From assembly GCA_964106915.2 (NCBI GenBank), contig OZ066915.1: a stretch of DNA of 64,000 nucleotides; one strand, given 5' to 3'. Below are positions 1 to 11,718 of the stretch, piece by piece. The notes under the pieces are model-generated. The model was given only the letters and a program-made list of their open reading frames with translations. It was not told the origin of the DNA and ran no database searches. Position 1 is the stretch's first letter. Every line of letters starts with the position of its first letter. The translations under genes and the position numbers were made by a program. The stretch comes from Podarcis gaigeae (lineage: Eukaryota).

Positions 1-189
1 AGTATAGGAGCTTTTCTTCTAATAGTCCATCAAAAACTGACAAAGCCATTGTTCATTTTATTGATGTTACAAAAGAAACTAAATAAAACCTTATTTATTT
101 ATTTTTTATTTATTTAAAAAAGACAAAGCTGGTGATTCCTTGATTGAGTACCTGTATCCACTGTCAGAGACAGTATGCTCCTAAATGCC

Positions 190-330
190 AATCGCTGGGA
201 ATCGCAAGTGGAAGAGTGCTGTGTGCTCATTTCCTGTTTTCGGACTTTTGGTGGGCCACTGTGAGAACAAGATGCTGGACTAGGTGGACCACTGTCATGA
301 TGCAGCAGGCTCCTCTTAGGTCCTTATACA
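190..330 (+). mobile_element. Old CR1-type 3'-end fragment
   Basis: GGGCCACTGTGAGAACAAGATGCTGGACTAG...CAGCAGGCTCCTCTTA resembles a common squamate CR1/SINE 3' end. Confidence 0.5.
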
Positions 331-557
331 TCATAATAGGCTAAAAGACAATTAAAAAATGAAACTGAATCCAAACACTAGAGAGGTATTGTGGTTGGCA
401 TCTTGAACAGCTATGTCAACAGTGATTTTAGAAAGGGTTGCACTCCTTGCACCCGAAATGAGATTTGCAGCCTGGACTCAGCTTTGCTGATTCCCAAACA
501 GCCACTGTGCCCAGAAGTACTTTATTCTGGCTTCAGCTCATGAATCTGGCTGGGACC

Positions 558-1275
558 TAGAATCATAGAATCATAGAGTTGGAAGAGACCACAAGGGCCA
601 TCGAGTCCAACCCCCTGCCAAGCAGGAAACACCATCAGAGCACTCCTGACATATGGTTGTCAAGCCTCTGCTTAAAGACCTCCAAAGAAGGAGACTCCAC
701 CACACTCCTTGGCAGCAAATTCCACTGTCGAACAGCTCTTACTGTCAGGAAGTTCTTCCTAATGTTTAGGTGGAATCTTCTTTCTTGTAGTTTGGAACCA
801 TTGCTCCGTGTCCACTTCTCTGGAGCAGCAGAAAACAACCTTTCTCCCTCCTCTATGTGACATCCTTTTATATATTTGAACATGGCTATCATATCACCCC
901 TTAACCTCCTCTTCTCCAGGCTAAACATGCCCAGCTCCCTTAGCCGTTCCTCATAAGGCATCGTTTCCAGGCCTTTGACCATTTTGGTTGCCCTCCTCTG
1001 GACACGTTCCAGTTTGTCAGTGTCCTTCTTGAACTGTGGTGCCCAGAACTGGACACAGTACTCCAGGTGAGGTCTGACCAGAGCAGAATACAGTGGCACT
1101 ATTACTTCCCTTGATCTAGATGCTATACTCCTATTGATGCAGCCCAGAATTGCATTGGCTTTTTTAGCTGCCGCGTCACACTATTGGCTAATGTCAAGTT
1201 TGTGGTCCACCAAGACTCCTAGATTCTTTTCACATGTACTGCTCTCAAGCCAGGTGTCACCCATCTTGTATTGTG
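558..1275 (-). mobile_element. CR1 LINE, 5'-truncated 3' end (ORF2 C-terminus, 3'UTR, (ATTCTATG)n tail)
   Basis: ORF 635..1099 [20 protein letters not shown]...[13 protein letters not shown]...FKQRLDNHM is the typical CR1 ORF2 C-terminus; homology extends upstream (EKNLGVLVD) through one stop; octamer tail at 558-577. Confidence 0.95.
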
Positions 1276-2311
1276 CTTGTCATTTGTGCCTGTTTTCTCC
1301 AAAATGGATTTAACCACTGACATTCATACCCTGATAACCTGTTTCAGCAACTGTTTAGATTAGCTTTTTGTGGAGCAACTATTCAAGGTGGCCCAGAAAC
1401 TACCCAAAATATAGCTCTTCAGCTTCTGGTGGATTCAAGGCTCAGAGAACCCATGACAATGATTTTGGTTCAGCGGCAGCAAAAGATGCTGATAAAATTT
1501 CTGAGCTGAATTCATAGTTCTCATTGAAGCTCTAAATGACCTGGGCTCTAGCCTACGGTACACAAGTAAAATTTGCATGCCCACTTTTGACTCTGGCCCC
1601 ACCTACCACTGTCACATGTGGCCCACACCTAGAGGGGAATGTGTGGATTGAAAAGGATCCCCCACCCTTGGCTTATACATCTGTAACTGGCTAAAAAAAC
1701 AACAACCATTGGGCTCATGCTTAGCAATTTTAATTTCATACAACTGCATGCCTGACAATTCAAGCATGCTTTCCTCTATTTACATGCATCACTGCGCTGA
1801 CAGACGTATACCAGATCTTTCTCTGGCTTGATTGGTGGAAAAGAAGGTCAGTGCTTATAGTACCAGTGTTTGCAGCTGCCCAGACCAGCTCAAGCTAGCC
1901 TCAAGTGTGGGAGTGTGTTGCTCACGAGGCACAAGCCCAAGCCTCGCTCTCAATAATAATAAAAAGCTGTTTATTCATTGCAGCTGCAAGGAATGCCAAC
2001 AGTGGCCACAAAACTAAATACTGTGACTCCTCAAGCCAAGTCGGTATTTGAGTACTAGGCTGCTTTTTTCCCGGGAAGAATCGCTGATTGGAAGTTTTCA
2101 TCACTAATGCTAAATATTTTGTTAGTGATTCAAAACTGCTGCAGATAGATTGCCCAAAAGTTTGCTCACATTCAACAGGTAAGAATCGCCCAGAGACGAA
2201 GGTGATTGCCCCTATTTTGTGGGAGGGATTCAAGTGCAGAGCTGAAATTTTGGTTTGTGCAATCAAAGTGGATTAAAGTGCTCTGTTACCCAACCACAAC
2301 AAAACCATTTG

Positions 2312-2312
<1 letters not shown>

Positions 2313-2346
<34 letters not shown>
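2313..2346. repeat. (AC)n microsatellite
   Basis: Direct reading. Confidence 0.95.
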
Positions 2347-2349
<3 letters not shown>

Positions 2350-2779
2350 CCTGACCTTTTCTGTTTAGGAAAGTGATGGGGAAATGCATCAGAAAGTGGG
2401 TGAATGAATGGTTAATGGGAATACATGTAAACTCCCCACAAGCAAATTGGACCCATGTGGTTAGGCTATTGTGGTGGAGGAACAGTTACAGCCAGTTGAT
2501 GCTAGGAGAAAGCACTCATAGCCACAGAGGTCACTTGGGCCTCTAGTGACAGAGATGGGTCAAGGAATACTCCCAGACTGCAGAATTGCTCCTTTAGAGG
2601 GAGGGCAACAACATCCAGAATGGAAGATTGACTTATCACCCACCCACAAGGCCTCCATTTTACCAATCAAGCTCAATTTATTGTCCAGTGTTTGCGCTGA
2701 CTAAGTTGTAAAGGAGAAACAGCAGTACTGATAATATTTTACTCCCAAATTCTCATTGGGTTCATATAGATGCTGAACA

Positions 2780-3030
2780 GCATTGGGGAGCATTATGCTC
2801 CCTATAGCATAAACACTGGGGGGAGGGGTGAAGAACACTCTCCCACTGGAACAGAACCACCACCCATTCCACAGAATCAATCCAGAAGGACACCATGGTT
2901 AATGGTACCAAAAGAGTAGGGTTATGCTCCCCTTGTCAACAGGGTGACCAAGACTGATTCAGTCCCAAACATAGTCTTGAACCCAGACTGGCATGGATCC
3001 AGTCTCATCCAAAAAATGTCCGGTGGTTCT
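2780..3030 (-). mobile_element. Degenerate L2 LINE reverse-transcriptase fragment
   Basis: Minus strand reads DPCQSGFKTMFGTESVLVTL, resembling the L2 RT motif DPxQSGFRxxxxTETAL. Confidence 0.6.
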
Positions 3031-5005
3031 GCCACAGCTCGGTCACCTTCCCAGAAAGGGAGTATTTGCAACCCACTGGGTCCAGGGCTCCTTTCTTCAG
3101 TTGTGGCTGCACCACTGCCTCCTTTGAGGTGGCAGGCACCACCACCTCACTCAAATAAATCTTCACCATGCCCTGGACACACCCATTCAACACCCCACAG
3201 CCAAGTTCACCATCCATGGTGGGCGGGAATCAAGAGGGCAAGTAGTTGGCAGTATCTGTGCAAGGGACCTGCCCATGTCCTGTTTGCGTATTGTTTATAA
3301 GTATTAATAAGACAAGTAGTTTGTAAATTGGAGATTTTAGATAAGCACTCTGATTCCTAACACTTTGAATGGAATGATTGCAACTGTTTAATGTGTCTTG
3401 GTTTTGCAGAAAAGAGTGTCAAACTGTTGGATTTACTTATTTTTAAAGCATTTCCCCTCTATACTGTATTTTATAATTTTCCTTACTGTTCCTTCCTAAT
3501 TTAACAGTCACCTAGTTTGTCACCATGCAGGACAAACTAAAGGAGATTGATACAGGGCCATTGGCAATAGCTCGTTATACAGGGACACAGCTGTCAGATA
3601 AAATGAAATTGAGCTGGTGAAAAGAGTGTGATTCCGTAATAGAACCATGCGCAATCCTTCATAAAAATATAGCTGGAGGGTAGACTATAGTTCCATGCAC
3701 TTACATAAGGGCTAGGAATAGCATAACAGCCATACACCAAGATGCCCCAGGAGATTTTCCTTCTAATTACCAGCTCCATGAAATTATTGTGATCAGTAGA
3801 TTAGCCGCCTCTGCGTAAGAGCCTGATTAACCAAACGCAAGGTATGTTTATCAACTTTGGAATGAATCTATGTATTTTAACACTGCATCAGAATCAATCC
3901 TCTAATCTTCCTGATGCATTGTTGAAATGGTTGTGTTGCTACCTGGACAGTTTTTTTTGTTTACTTCCCTTCCAGTCCAGACACAGCTGCTAGCTTTGGG
4001 AGCTGTATCAGAAGTGAGGAACTGGGACCTTAAACATTTGAATCTGCATTGCTTGCAGTTTGTTCCACCTCTGCACAAAACTAGCAATTTCATAACAGAT
4101 CTAAAGCTCTATGGATGCTCTGCTACCCAAGGTACATGCAGACTCTTCTACTAGGAAGGCCCCATGCCAATTTCCCAAAAGGAAGAGCACTAGTGTATGT
4201 GAGCTCCTGTTGGCTTTTGGATTTACTTGGAGCATAAACAAGTGTGGCCCTTGTATGAAGGATAGAAGGTGGGAAAATTGTGTTCTGAAAGGGTCACTAC
4301 ACACATGCAAAACAGAAACTTGGTAGATGCTTTGAATAACCCAACTTTGCAGAGGCTGCTCCATACAGCCTGTTGTTTCTGTGAAACCACTTTTTGTGGA
4401 ATTCTGACAATATTTTTTGCTCCTGTGGGAGGAAGGGCAGGATATACATGAATAAAGCAAAAATATTCATTGCATCTCTACAACCCCTCTATTTTGAAGT
4501 TTTGAATACTGTATTACCACTGCTGCCTGTCAAGCTGTTTCAGATAAAGTCATGCTGTGATGACAAGCCTTCACACTGTTGTGTTACATCACAGTTTCTA
4601 TGTGTGAACTGAGCCTCAGGCCATGAGAAAAAGGAGGAAGGAACAGAAACCGATGTTTGTTTTAATTTCAGACTAATTATGGTTAGTTTGTTTCTGGGAT
4701 TTGGTTGCCACATTTGGGAGATCAACTTTTTTTGTTCCTAATTCAGCACCCTCTGCCAAGTTCCCAGTATGCATCTGTCAAGGAAATAAAACCAGCTCCT
4801 GCTCCTATTGGATTTATTTTGCACTCTTGTACATTATCTGCTTTTCTGTAGGTCCCTAAATGCCAGTCTGATATGCAACAAGGTTGGGGACTCCAGATGG
4901 TCAGTATTTTGTGGGAGGGATTCAAGCAGATACCTTAAATTTAGGTTTGGGAAATTAGTAGATTGAAGCCCTCTGCCCCCCCCCCCCAAGTACAACATAT
5001 CCACT

Positions 5006-5151
5006 CATGGACATAGCCAAGATGAGGGTGCAGGGAGGGGCATCTGCCCCAAAAATCAATACAAATCAATAAAAATACATAGCTAACAGAAGTTCTGCCC
5101 CCCTTAACAAGAGGCCTGCCCCCCCCAACAAAACTCCTGGCTACGCCCATG
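5006..5151. mobile_element. hAT MITE with perfect 8-bp TSD
   Basis: TIRs CATGGACATAGCCAAG / CCTGGCTACGCCCATG; TSD TATCCACT at 4998-5005 and 5152-5159. Confidence 0.9.
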
Positions 5152-6209
5152 TATCCACTTCTTCTATTTTAAAAATCCCTGACTTTTTCTGGTTAGGAAT
5201 GTGAAGAGGAAACTGATAAGTGTAGGATGAAGAAATGCTTAACAGGAAGATATATATGAATTCTGTACAACTAAATAAAGATGAATGTTCTTTGTGGATG
5301 AATGTTCCCCACAAAGAAATCAGAAGTTGATGGATGGTAAGCTTGAATGAAAATATATTTTTTTGCCATGAAGCAGGCTCAGCTAAGTTACCAGGAGAGG
5401 TCAGATTCCTTTTCTAAAAGCTGCAGATATCTTAAAGGACCTGAAACAATACGGTCTGCAGACAAATCTGTTCCTGCCCTCTGCTGCATCCTTACTAAGT
5501 TCAGCCACTGCCTTTTGAAGCCCTTTGGAAACGGTCTGCTTGGACAGAGGCATGCTTCACAGATATCTGGCTTTTGGAGCAGGAGCACAGTGTACGTTGG
5601 GGTGACAATCCCAATCACTAAATGGGTCTATCCAAGAGGTAGCTGGTCTGGATGCGCAAGTGCGATTAGTTCTAGGCATAGTTAGACCACTCAAAAGAGG
5701 TTTTACAGCATTTCCCTTGAATCCAAGTAGCAAGGCAAGAAGGAAGCCAAAATTCAACTCTGTTTATAATAGCTCCAGACAGCAGCAGACCTTTGCCGCT
5801 AAACATTTATGCAATGCAAACGCATGTCAAGAAACAGGTTGTGACCAGCTGTCTGTTGTAACAGAGGTATAGGTCACAGCTGTTTCCCTTGCTTGGAGCC
5901 ACTCATAATTCTCTGTAAGACAAAGCACAAAGCCAGGGCCACCATCTAGTGCAGGGGGAGGTAGCGTTAATTCCAGCAATTACACAGGCCACTAGTCACA
6001 GATGAGACCGTTGATCCCTGACTCAAAACTCGGAGAGGAGGACAGTAAAGGGGGGGTATGGAAGAAGAGTCTTGGGAAAGAGCAAAATGAGTGGGAAACG
6101 TGACATTTTAAAGACTGAAGCTTTCAAATTTGCAAGTGACTGGGGAATATAATAAGAGATCCTGCTTGTTTGGATTTAAGAACTGTGATGCATAGGTAGC
6201 CTGATGAAA

Positions 6210-6340
6210 TAGGGTTGCCATATTTCAAACAGTGAAAATCCGGACAGAAAAATTGTTGAGTGTTTGTTGTTTTCTCTTTACCGCTTCCAACTGCAGTATT
6301 CCGGATATGTCTGGGAAATTACGGACGTACGGCAAGGCAT
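6210..6340. mobile_element. hAT (Blackjack-like) MITE remnant
   Basis: Starts TAGGGTTGCCA with internal TCCGGA(C) motifs; right end decayed. Confidence 0.55.
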
Positions 6341-7418
6341 ATCACCAGGGCCACTGGAGTGAAGGCTAAGGTGGTGCTCTCCTCTTCTACATGCAAAAGC
6401 TGACTTGATTGGCAGCTCAATCTTACTGCAACACTGGCCACAGGATAGTGTCCTCCAGCACACCTGAGGGCAGCAGGCTAGTTTCGCAGGTGCAGGTGCA
6501 GGTGCATGGTGCACACAGCGCTACCTTCCAATAGCTCAGGGCTCTGGGGACAGCAGCTGCTGCCCACCCCCATCATCTAGCTGCTGTCATATCACTTTGC
6601 CTACTACTAGGGCTGGCTTGGGGATGCTTGCTGCGTTAGCAGCAGAAGCAGCATCTGCAGCTGTGCTCCCCTCAACTCAGCAGCGTTTCCTGAAGTCATA
6701 ATATAGCAGGACTGCCAAACACAAGATGTTCAGAAGCAGAGCAGCATTTGAATAAAGAGAAAATAGACTTGCACATCTATATAAGTTTGAGAGCCATGAA
6801 CCTCTCTTGATACACACCCCTCCTCAGTTATAGAAATTGAAGTCTCTCAGAAAAGGAAGCCGGAGAACATTTTTTATTCTAGAGACTTCCATGGCAATTT
6901 CTACGTGATGAGTTTGTGTTTGCACAAACTGGTTGCTGTAGGAGAGCTTCCTAGAGAATCTCTTATTCCAGTACAAAACTCTTAATTACTTTAAGTTGGT
7001 TGAACCCTGATGTGGAATCTGGGCCTCTCACAGTTATTGTGTGGGTTTCTAAAAGGAATCTGTCTATATTACTCCCTGACAGGGCTCTTAATGCAGATCT
7101 GAAGCACTGCTTCTCTTACGCTGGGCAGAAAGCTCAGGAAGCTTGGTTGTAGTTGTGGACAGCGCATTTTTACTGTGCCTGAAATGCAACACATACATCA
7201 TTTAAAATTTATGTATTAAAATGGGAAGGACTATCTGCTATTAGAACAAAGTTGGAAGATCTCTAACTGAATATTGTTTCAGAAGAGGAGAATCTCATCC
7301 CTAGCGGCTATGCTGGCTGGGACTGATGGGAATTGGCATCCAATGACACCTGGTCAGACTGTGGTTTTTCCCATTCGGTTTTAAGATCTCCCAGTGGACT
7401 CTTCTGAAGGTACCGATG

Positions 7419-7649
7419 CAATGGTACCTTGGGTTAAGAACTTAATTCGTTCTGGAGGTCCATTCTTAACCTGAAACTGTTCTTCACCTAAGGTACCACT
7501 TTAGCTAATGGGGCCTCCCACCACTGCCATGCAATTTCTGTTCTCATCCTGAAGCAAAGTTCTTAACCCGAGGTACTATTTCTGGGTTAGTGGAGTCTGT
7601 AACCTGAAGCGTCTGTAACCTGAAGCGTTTGTAACCTGAGGTACCACTG
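7419..7649. mobile_element. Tc1/mariner (Tigger-like) MITE
   Basis: TIRs CAATGGTACCTTGGGTTA / TAACCTGAGGTACCACTG; internal TAACCTGAAGCG repeats. Confidence 0.8.
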
Positions 7650-9384
7650 TCAAATATTCATAGCGTGGAGGAGCAGGACCTTTTCAATGGTTGCCCCCCG
7701 GGTTGTGAAATACCCTAATTTGGCCTCATTTCTTCCTTCCCCAGGATAAGCAGGTGCAAACATTTTTATTCCACCATGCTTTTGAGAGCAGTACCTTTGT
7801 AAAATGAAACTGAGAGCTGATGAAGTACTGTTTTGAACTGTTTTACTGACCCACAGAATGCATTTTTGTTGCTGCCATGTTTTATGCTACAAACCATTTG
7901 TAAACAATTGTTAAAGAACAGCTCACAAGTGTCACAAATAAACACACTTTTGCTAGCCCGGTTTTACATAGGTATTACATCTAATGCATCTGAACTCTGT
8001 CTAAGGGACATTGATTATGCATTTATTTCGTGGAGGAAATCATTGGGCCCGACATCAGAAAACTTTTTCCTTCTCACTGGAAATGCTGCCGTTCAGAATT
8101 TGCATAGCTGTCTCCAAACCAATTTACAAGCAATTACTGCAGAGCTTCAGTCCCTTCCTGCAAAATCATGTCTTGAGTATCACAGTGGGAAGTTTCAAGA
8201 AATGTGAGTTACTTAGCTTACTAAGACTGCTGTCCTTCCCTGCATACACAGTGGACTTGAACCCTCTTGTAGTCAGTGGCATTTGCCTCCAATTAGACAT
8301 GCACAGGATCAGTCAAGGAAGCTGCATGAACGCTGAGTTGCTGATAACGGAAGCTTCATCCTTAACAAAGATTATGTTTCCTTATGGAGCCATTATTTAT
8401 GAAGATGGCTAGCTACCACATCTGCCTTAACCATCCATTAAATATATCGGGGTTGATCTTTCCCCCTTTTGCATATCTTTGTTTTTGACTCAAATGGAAA
8501 TAAAGGCAGGCCTGTAATGAATCTGTCAAGGAAATCAAGGATGTTTGTGCTTCTAAATGAAATGTGGTGATATAAAAGACTGTAAGTTATAAAGGGAACT
8601 ATCCTTGGACAATTAAGTGATTTGCCGTGTGTGTGTAAACAGGAGAGCATTTGTGCTGTGAAATAAATGCTTTCATACTTCTCTGGAGTTAGGGTTATGG
8701 TGACATACATCTATTTGTAACTCTATTCTATCCTTCTTATAACAAACATGTTTCTTAGCGCTAAAATTGTGAATGCACAGTCCAGCTCTGTTTAGTAGTG
8801 TGAGGCAATATGAAAGAAGGCTTTGGACTTCTTGAAACCAGAGGCAGAGACTGGGAACCAAATGATGTCAGCAAGCCACTTTCCCAAGCCACAAGGGGAA
8901 AGCAAAGAAACTCCCTAGAGGCATGAGTCAGGTTATAGGGGAAAACCAATCCCACTCCCATATTTGGCAAGCAGGGGAACTGGGTTCATATTCTGGAGTC
9001 AGAGCCACCAGGCAAAATGCTCTTCCACCTCAGCATCACAAGACTTGACTCACAGACATCATCTCTGGCTGTGGCCATCCCAGGTATTTCCAGGTAGGGC
9101 ATAATTTGAGATGAAGGATCATGTCTGGAACTTGTTTTTCAGAATTAAGTGTTTTATTCTAAGAGTTCAAGGGCTACTAGAGCACATCTATCTGATCCCG
9201 ACAATTATAGCATAGTCCGGTGCATATGTCATCAGTAAAAACATTTCGAATGGACAAGAACAGGTTAAATTCAACAAAAGAGATAGGTCCCATAAAGCAG
9301 TAAGAGCTTGACACACCTCTTGGGGAAGGAACAGCTCCCTAAATCAAAACAGCTTAACTGTCAAAGGTTGGGGTAAAGAGATGC

Positions 9385-9590
9385 GTCTTCAGTTTATTGA
9401 CCCACATCCGGCCTATCACTGCCTCCATGCACCAGTTTAGCACTTTGATCACCTCTCCGGATTCAGACAGAACAGAGAGATAGAGCTGGGTGTCATTCGC
9501 TTATTGGTGACACCTCAGTCCAAATTTCCTGGTGATAGTTCTCAGCAGTTTCAGATTCATATTCAATAGCACGGGGGACAAAATGGTGAT
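9385..9590 (-). mobile_element. Degenerate L2 LINE RT fragment
   Basis: Minus strand reads TILSPVLLNMNLKLLRTITRKFGLRCHQ*ANDTQLYLS, a decayed LSPxLF...HQYADDTQLY RT motif. Confidence 0.8.
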
Positions 9591-10050
9591 GAATAATGGC
9601 TCCCATAGACCTTATGTGCATAGCCTACGTAATCTGGGACTCACTGGAAAGATTTCAGTGTTGTGCTCTTCTGATCATTCATCCCCCCCCCAATACAATA
9701 TTCTGGAGTCTTGCCTGACTCCCTAGACTTAATTGGGTGGGGGACAAGAAGAGGAGGAGGAAAGCCCCATTGCACTAGAGGGAGCCCTTGTGTTGCCTTC
9801 CGTCTGGATTAGTCAAATCTGGGCTTCTGTTTCAAGTTTGCAATACCTGTGTGATTTATTTTTTGTTGTGTTTGTGTTGCTTTTATGTATTACTTTGTAA
9901 TTAAATCATTTTAATATATTCTAATAGGATGACAAGAAAACTTGCCATATATATTACAGAATGGCACAAGAATGCAACAAATAAGAAATACTTGCTCCTG
10001 ATTATTCACCTTCTACGTTCCACAATTACTTTCAGTATTTCATAAGTATA

Positions 10051-10113
10051 AAAATAAAATCGATAGCCATCCTCTGGGCTCTATGTTGTTTTCCCAGAAC
10101 CTAACTGAAAATG
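10051..10113 (+). repeat. 63-bp direct repeat, copy 1 (copy 2 at 11173-11235)
   Basis: AAAATAAAATCGATAGCCATCCTCTGGGCTCTATGTTGTTTTCCCAGAACCTAACTGAAAATG is identical at both positions. Confidence 0.95.
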
Positions 10114-11000
10114 CCATGTTATTAGTTGGATGTTTCTCTTTTTAACTTGTCTGGAGCCTGTTTTCAGTGCCAGTCTACAGCCCAGAAAAATGCAGAGCAA
10201 AAACCAATAAGAGAGCCTTTTACTGCATACAGGATTAATTTCTCCCTGTGCTGATTAACACAACCCTATTAAGCGGAGATAAGCATTTTCATTGCCTGAT
10301 CCACAACATACCTATCTTTTTAGGTGGGGAGCAGGGGAGGATTACATAACCAAATTAGCATAAGAGTGAGAAAATTCTCTGCTATGGATTACAGGGTTTA
10401 GTATTGGGCAACCCATCTCTGCAGAGCCTGTGTGGGGCAGCTCTCAGTCCCTGGCAGGGAGCTGGATCCATTCCTACTTTGTCTTGCTGTGACGGAGTTG
10501 CTTTCATTTAGCTAAATCAGGCTACCACTCTCAACAGAACTAGAAGAGACAGGAAGATTCCCATCTAGCAAACAATACCAGCAGATGGAATAAGTAACAC
10601 ATTAAAGCAAATATCATAAATCGAAGCCCATAAATCATGTGCAGGAGAGGAGGTTCCCACAGAGGAGAGGAAAAACAATCTGCCCTAGGTTGCAAAGGAC
10701 AGTGAAAACACTGTTGAATGTAGATGGTGTTTCTTTGTCGCTGGAATAGGTGGCCTTCTAAAAAACCCAACTTTGGGATGGTTTTTACCAGCATGTTTTT
10801 CTTGCTCTGCTCGTCTCAATGAAAACATCTCACGCTGAAGATCATCAGCCCCCCTTCATGAGGGGCTGAGGCCAGGATACAGGGAGTCTCCAAAAGAAGG
10901 CATTGTGGAAAATAGGCTGGAATGTACTAGCTGAAAAGCGCAAGAGAGCAGGGCAGATGGGCTTCAGCCTTGCAGGCTCTACCACAGTGGCTCACATGAG

Positions 11001-11246
11001 CAGGACCGGCCCACACGTGAGGCAAACTGAGGCAACTGCCTCAGGCAGTAGAATCAACGAGGGTAGCAGCTCCTAATGTGGGATCTTTATGCCCTGCCTT
11101 GTTCCCAATGTAGATCTTCATTCGCCCCTTCTTCCTTGTTGGGGGGGCATTTTGGGGTTCGCCTCAGTTGCCAAAATAAAATCGATAGCCATCCTCTGGG
11201 CTCTATGTTGTTTTCCCAGAACCTAACTGAAAATGGGCTGGGCCTG
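11001..11246. mobile_element. hAT MITE with 8-bp TSD and an internal 63-bp templated insertion
   Basis: TIRs CAGGACCGGCCC / GGGCTGGGCCTG; TSD CACATGAG (10993-11000) / CACGTGAG (11247-11254). Confidence 0.85.
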
Positions 11247-11718
11247 CACGTGAGGCTGGAAATACTCTTAGAAAGAGCAGGATGTCTTTGAGCACATGGT
11301 CCACTCATTTTCAGTGTCAGAACTGATCCTAATGTACCTGTTATTGGCAGTTATCCAACCTGGCGTAAAAGAGGTTGGGAATGCCAGACAAAATACTTGG
11401 GGTAAAAGCATAAGAGGTCCATTGGCCTATCAGCTTTCCAGTGTCTTGGGCAGGGGAAGTGACTTGTGACTCTTTCACCAGATTCTGTACCCTCTCTAAC
11501 TTTTGGTCCTTCCTGAGCTGCCCAGGGACCTGTGCATGGAAGCAAAGAGCATGAAATAAAGGATATGTTTGTTTGGTCAATGCAGGTTATATGCTGTTTG
11601 TTATATGGCATGATCTCCCCTCTCCTGCTCCTGCATGATGCTATGGAGTTTCTCCCCGAACCAAAAACCCATCAACTTGGAGTCATGCAAGGGGAGCAGA
11701 GGTGGAAAATCCCTTTTC

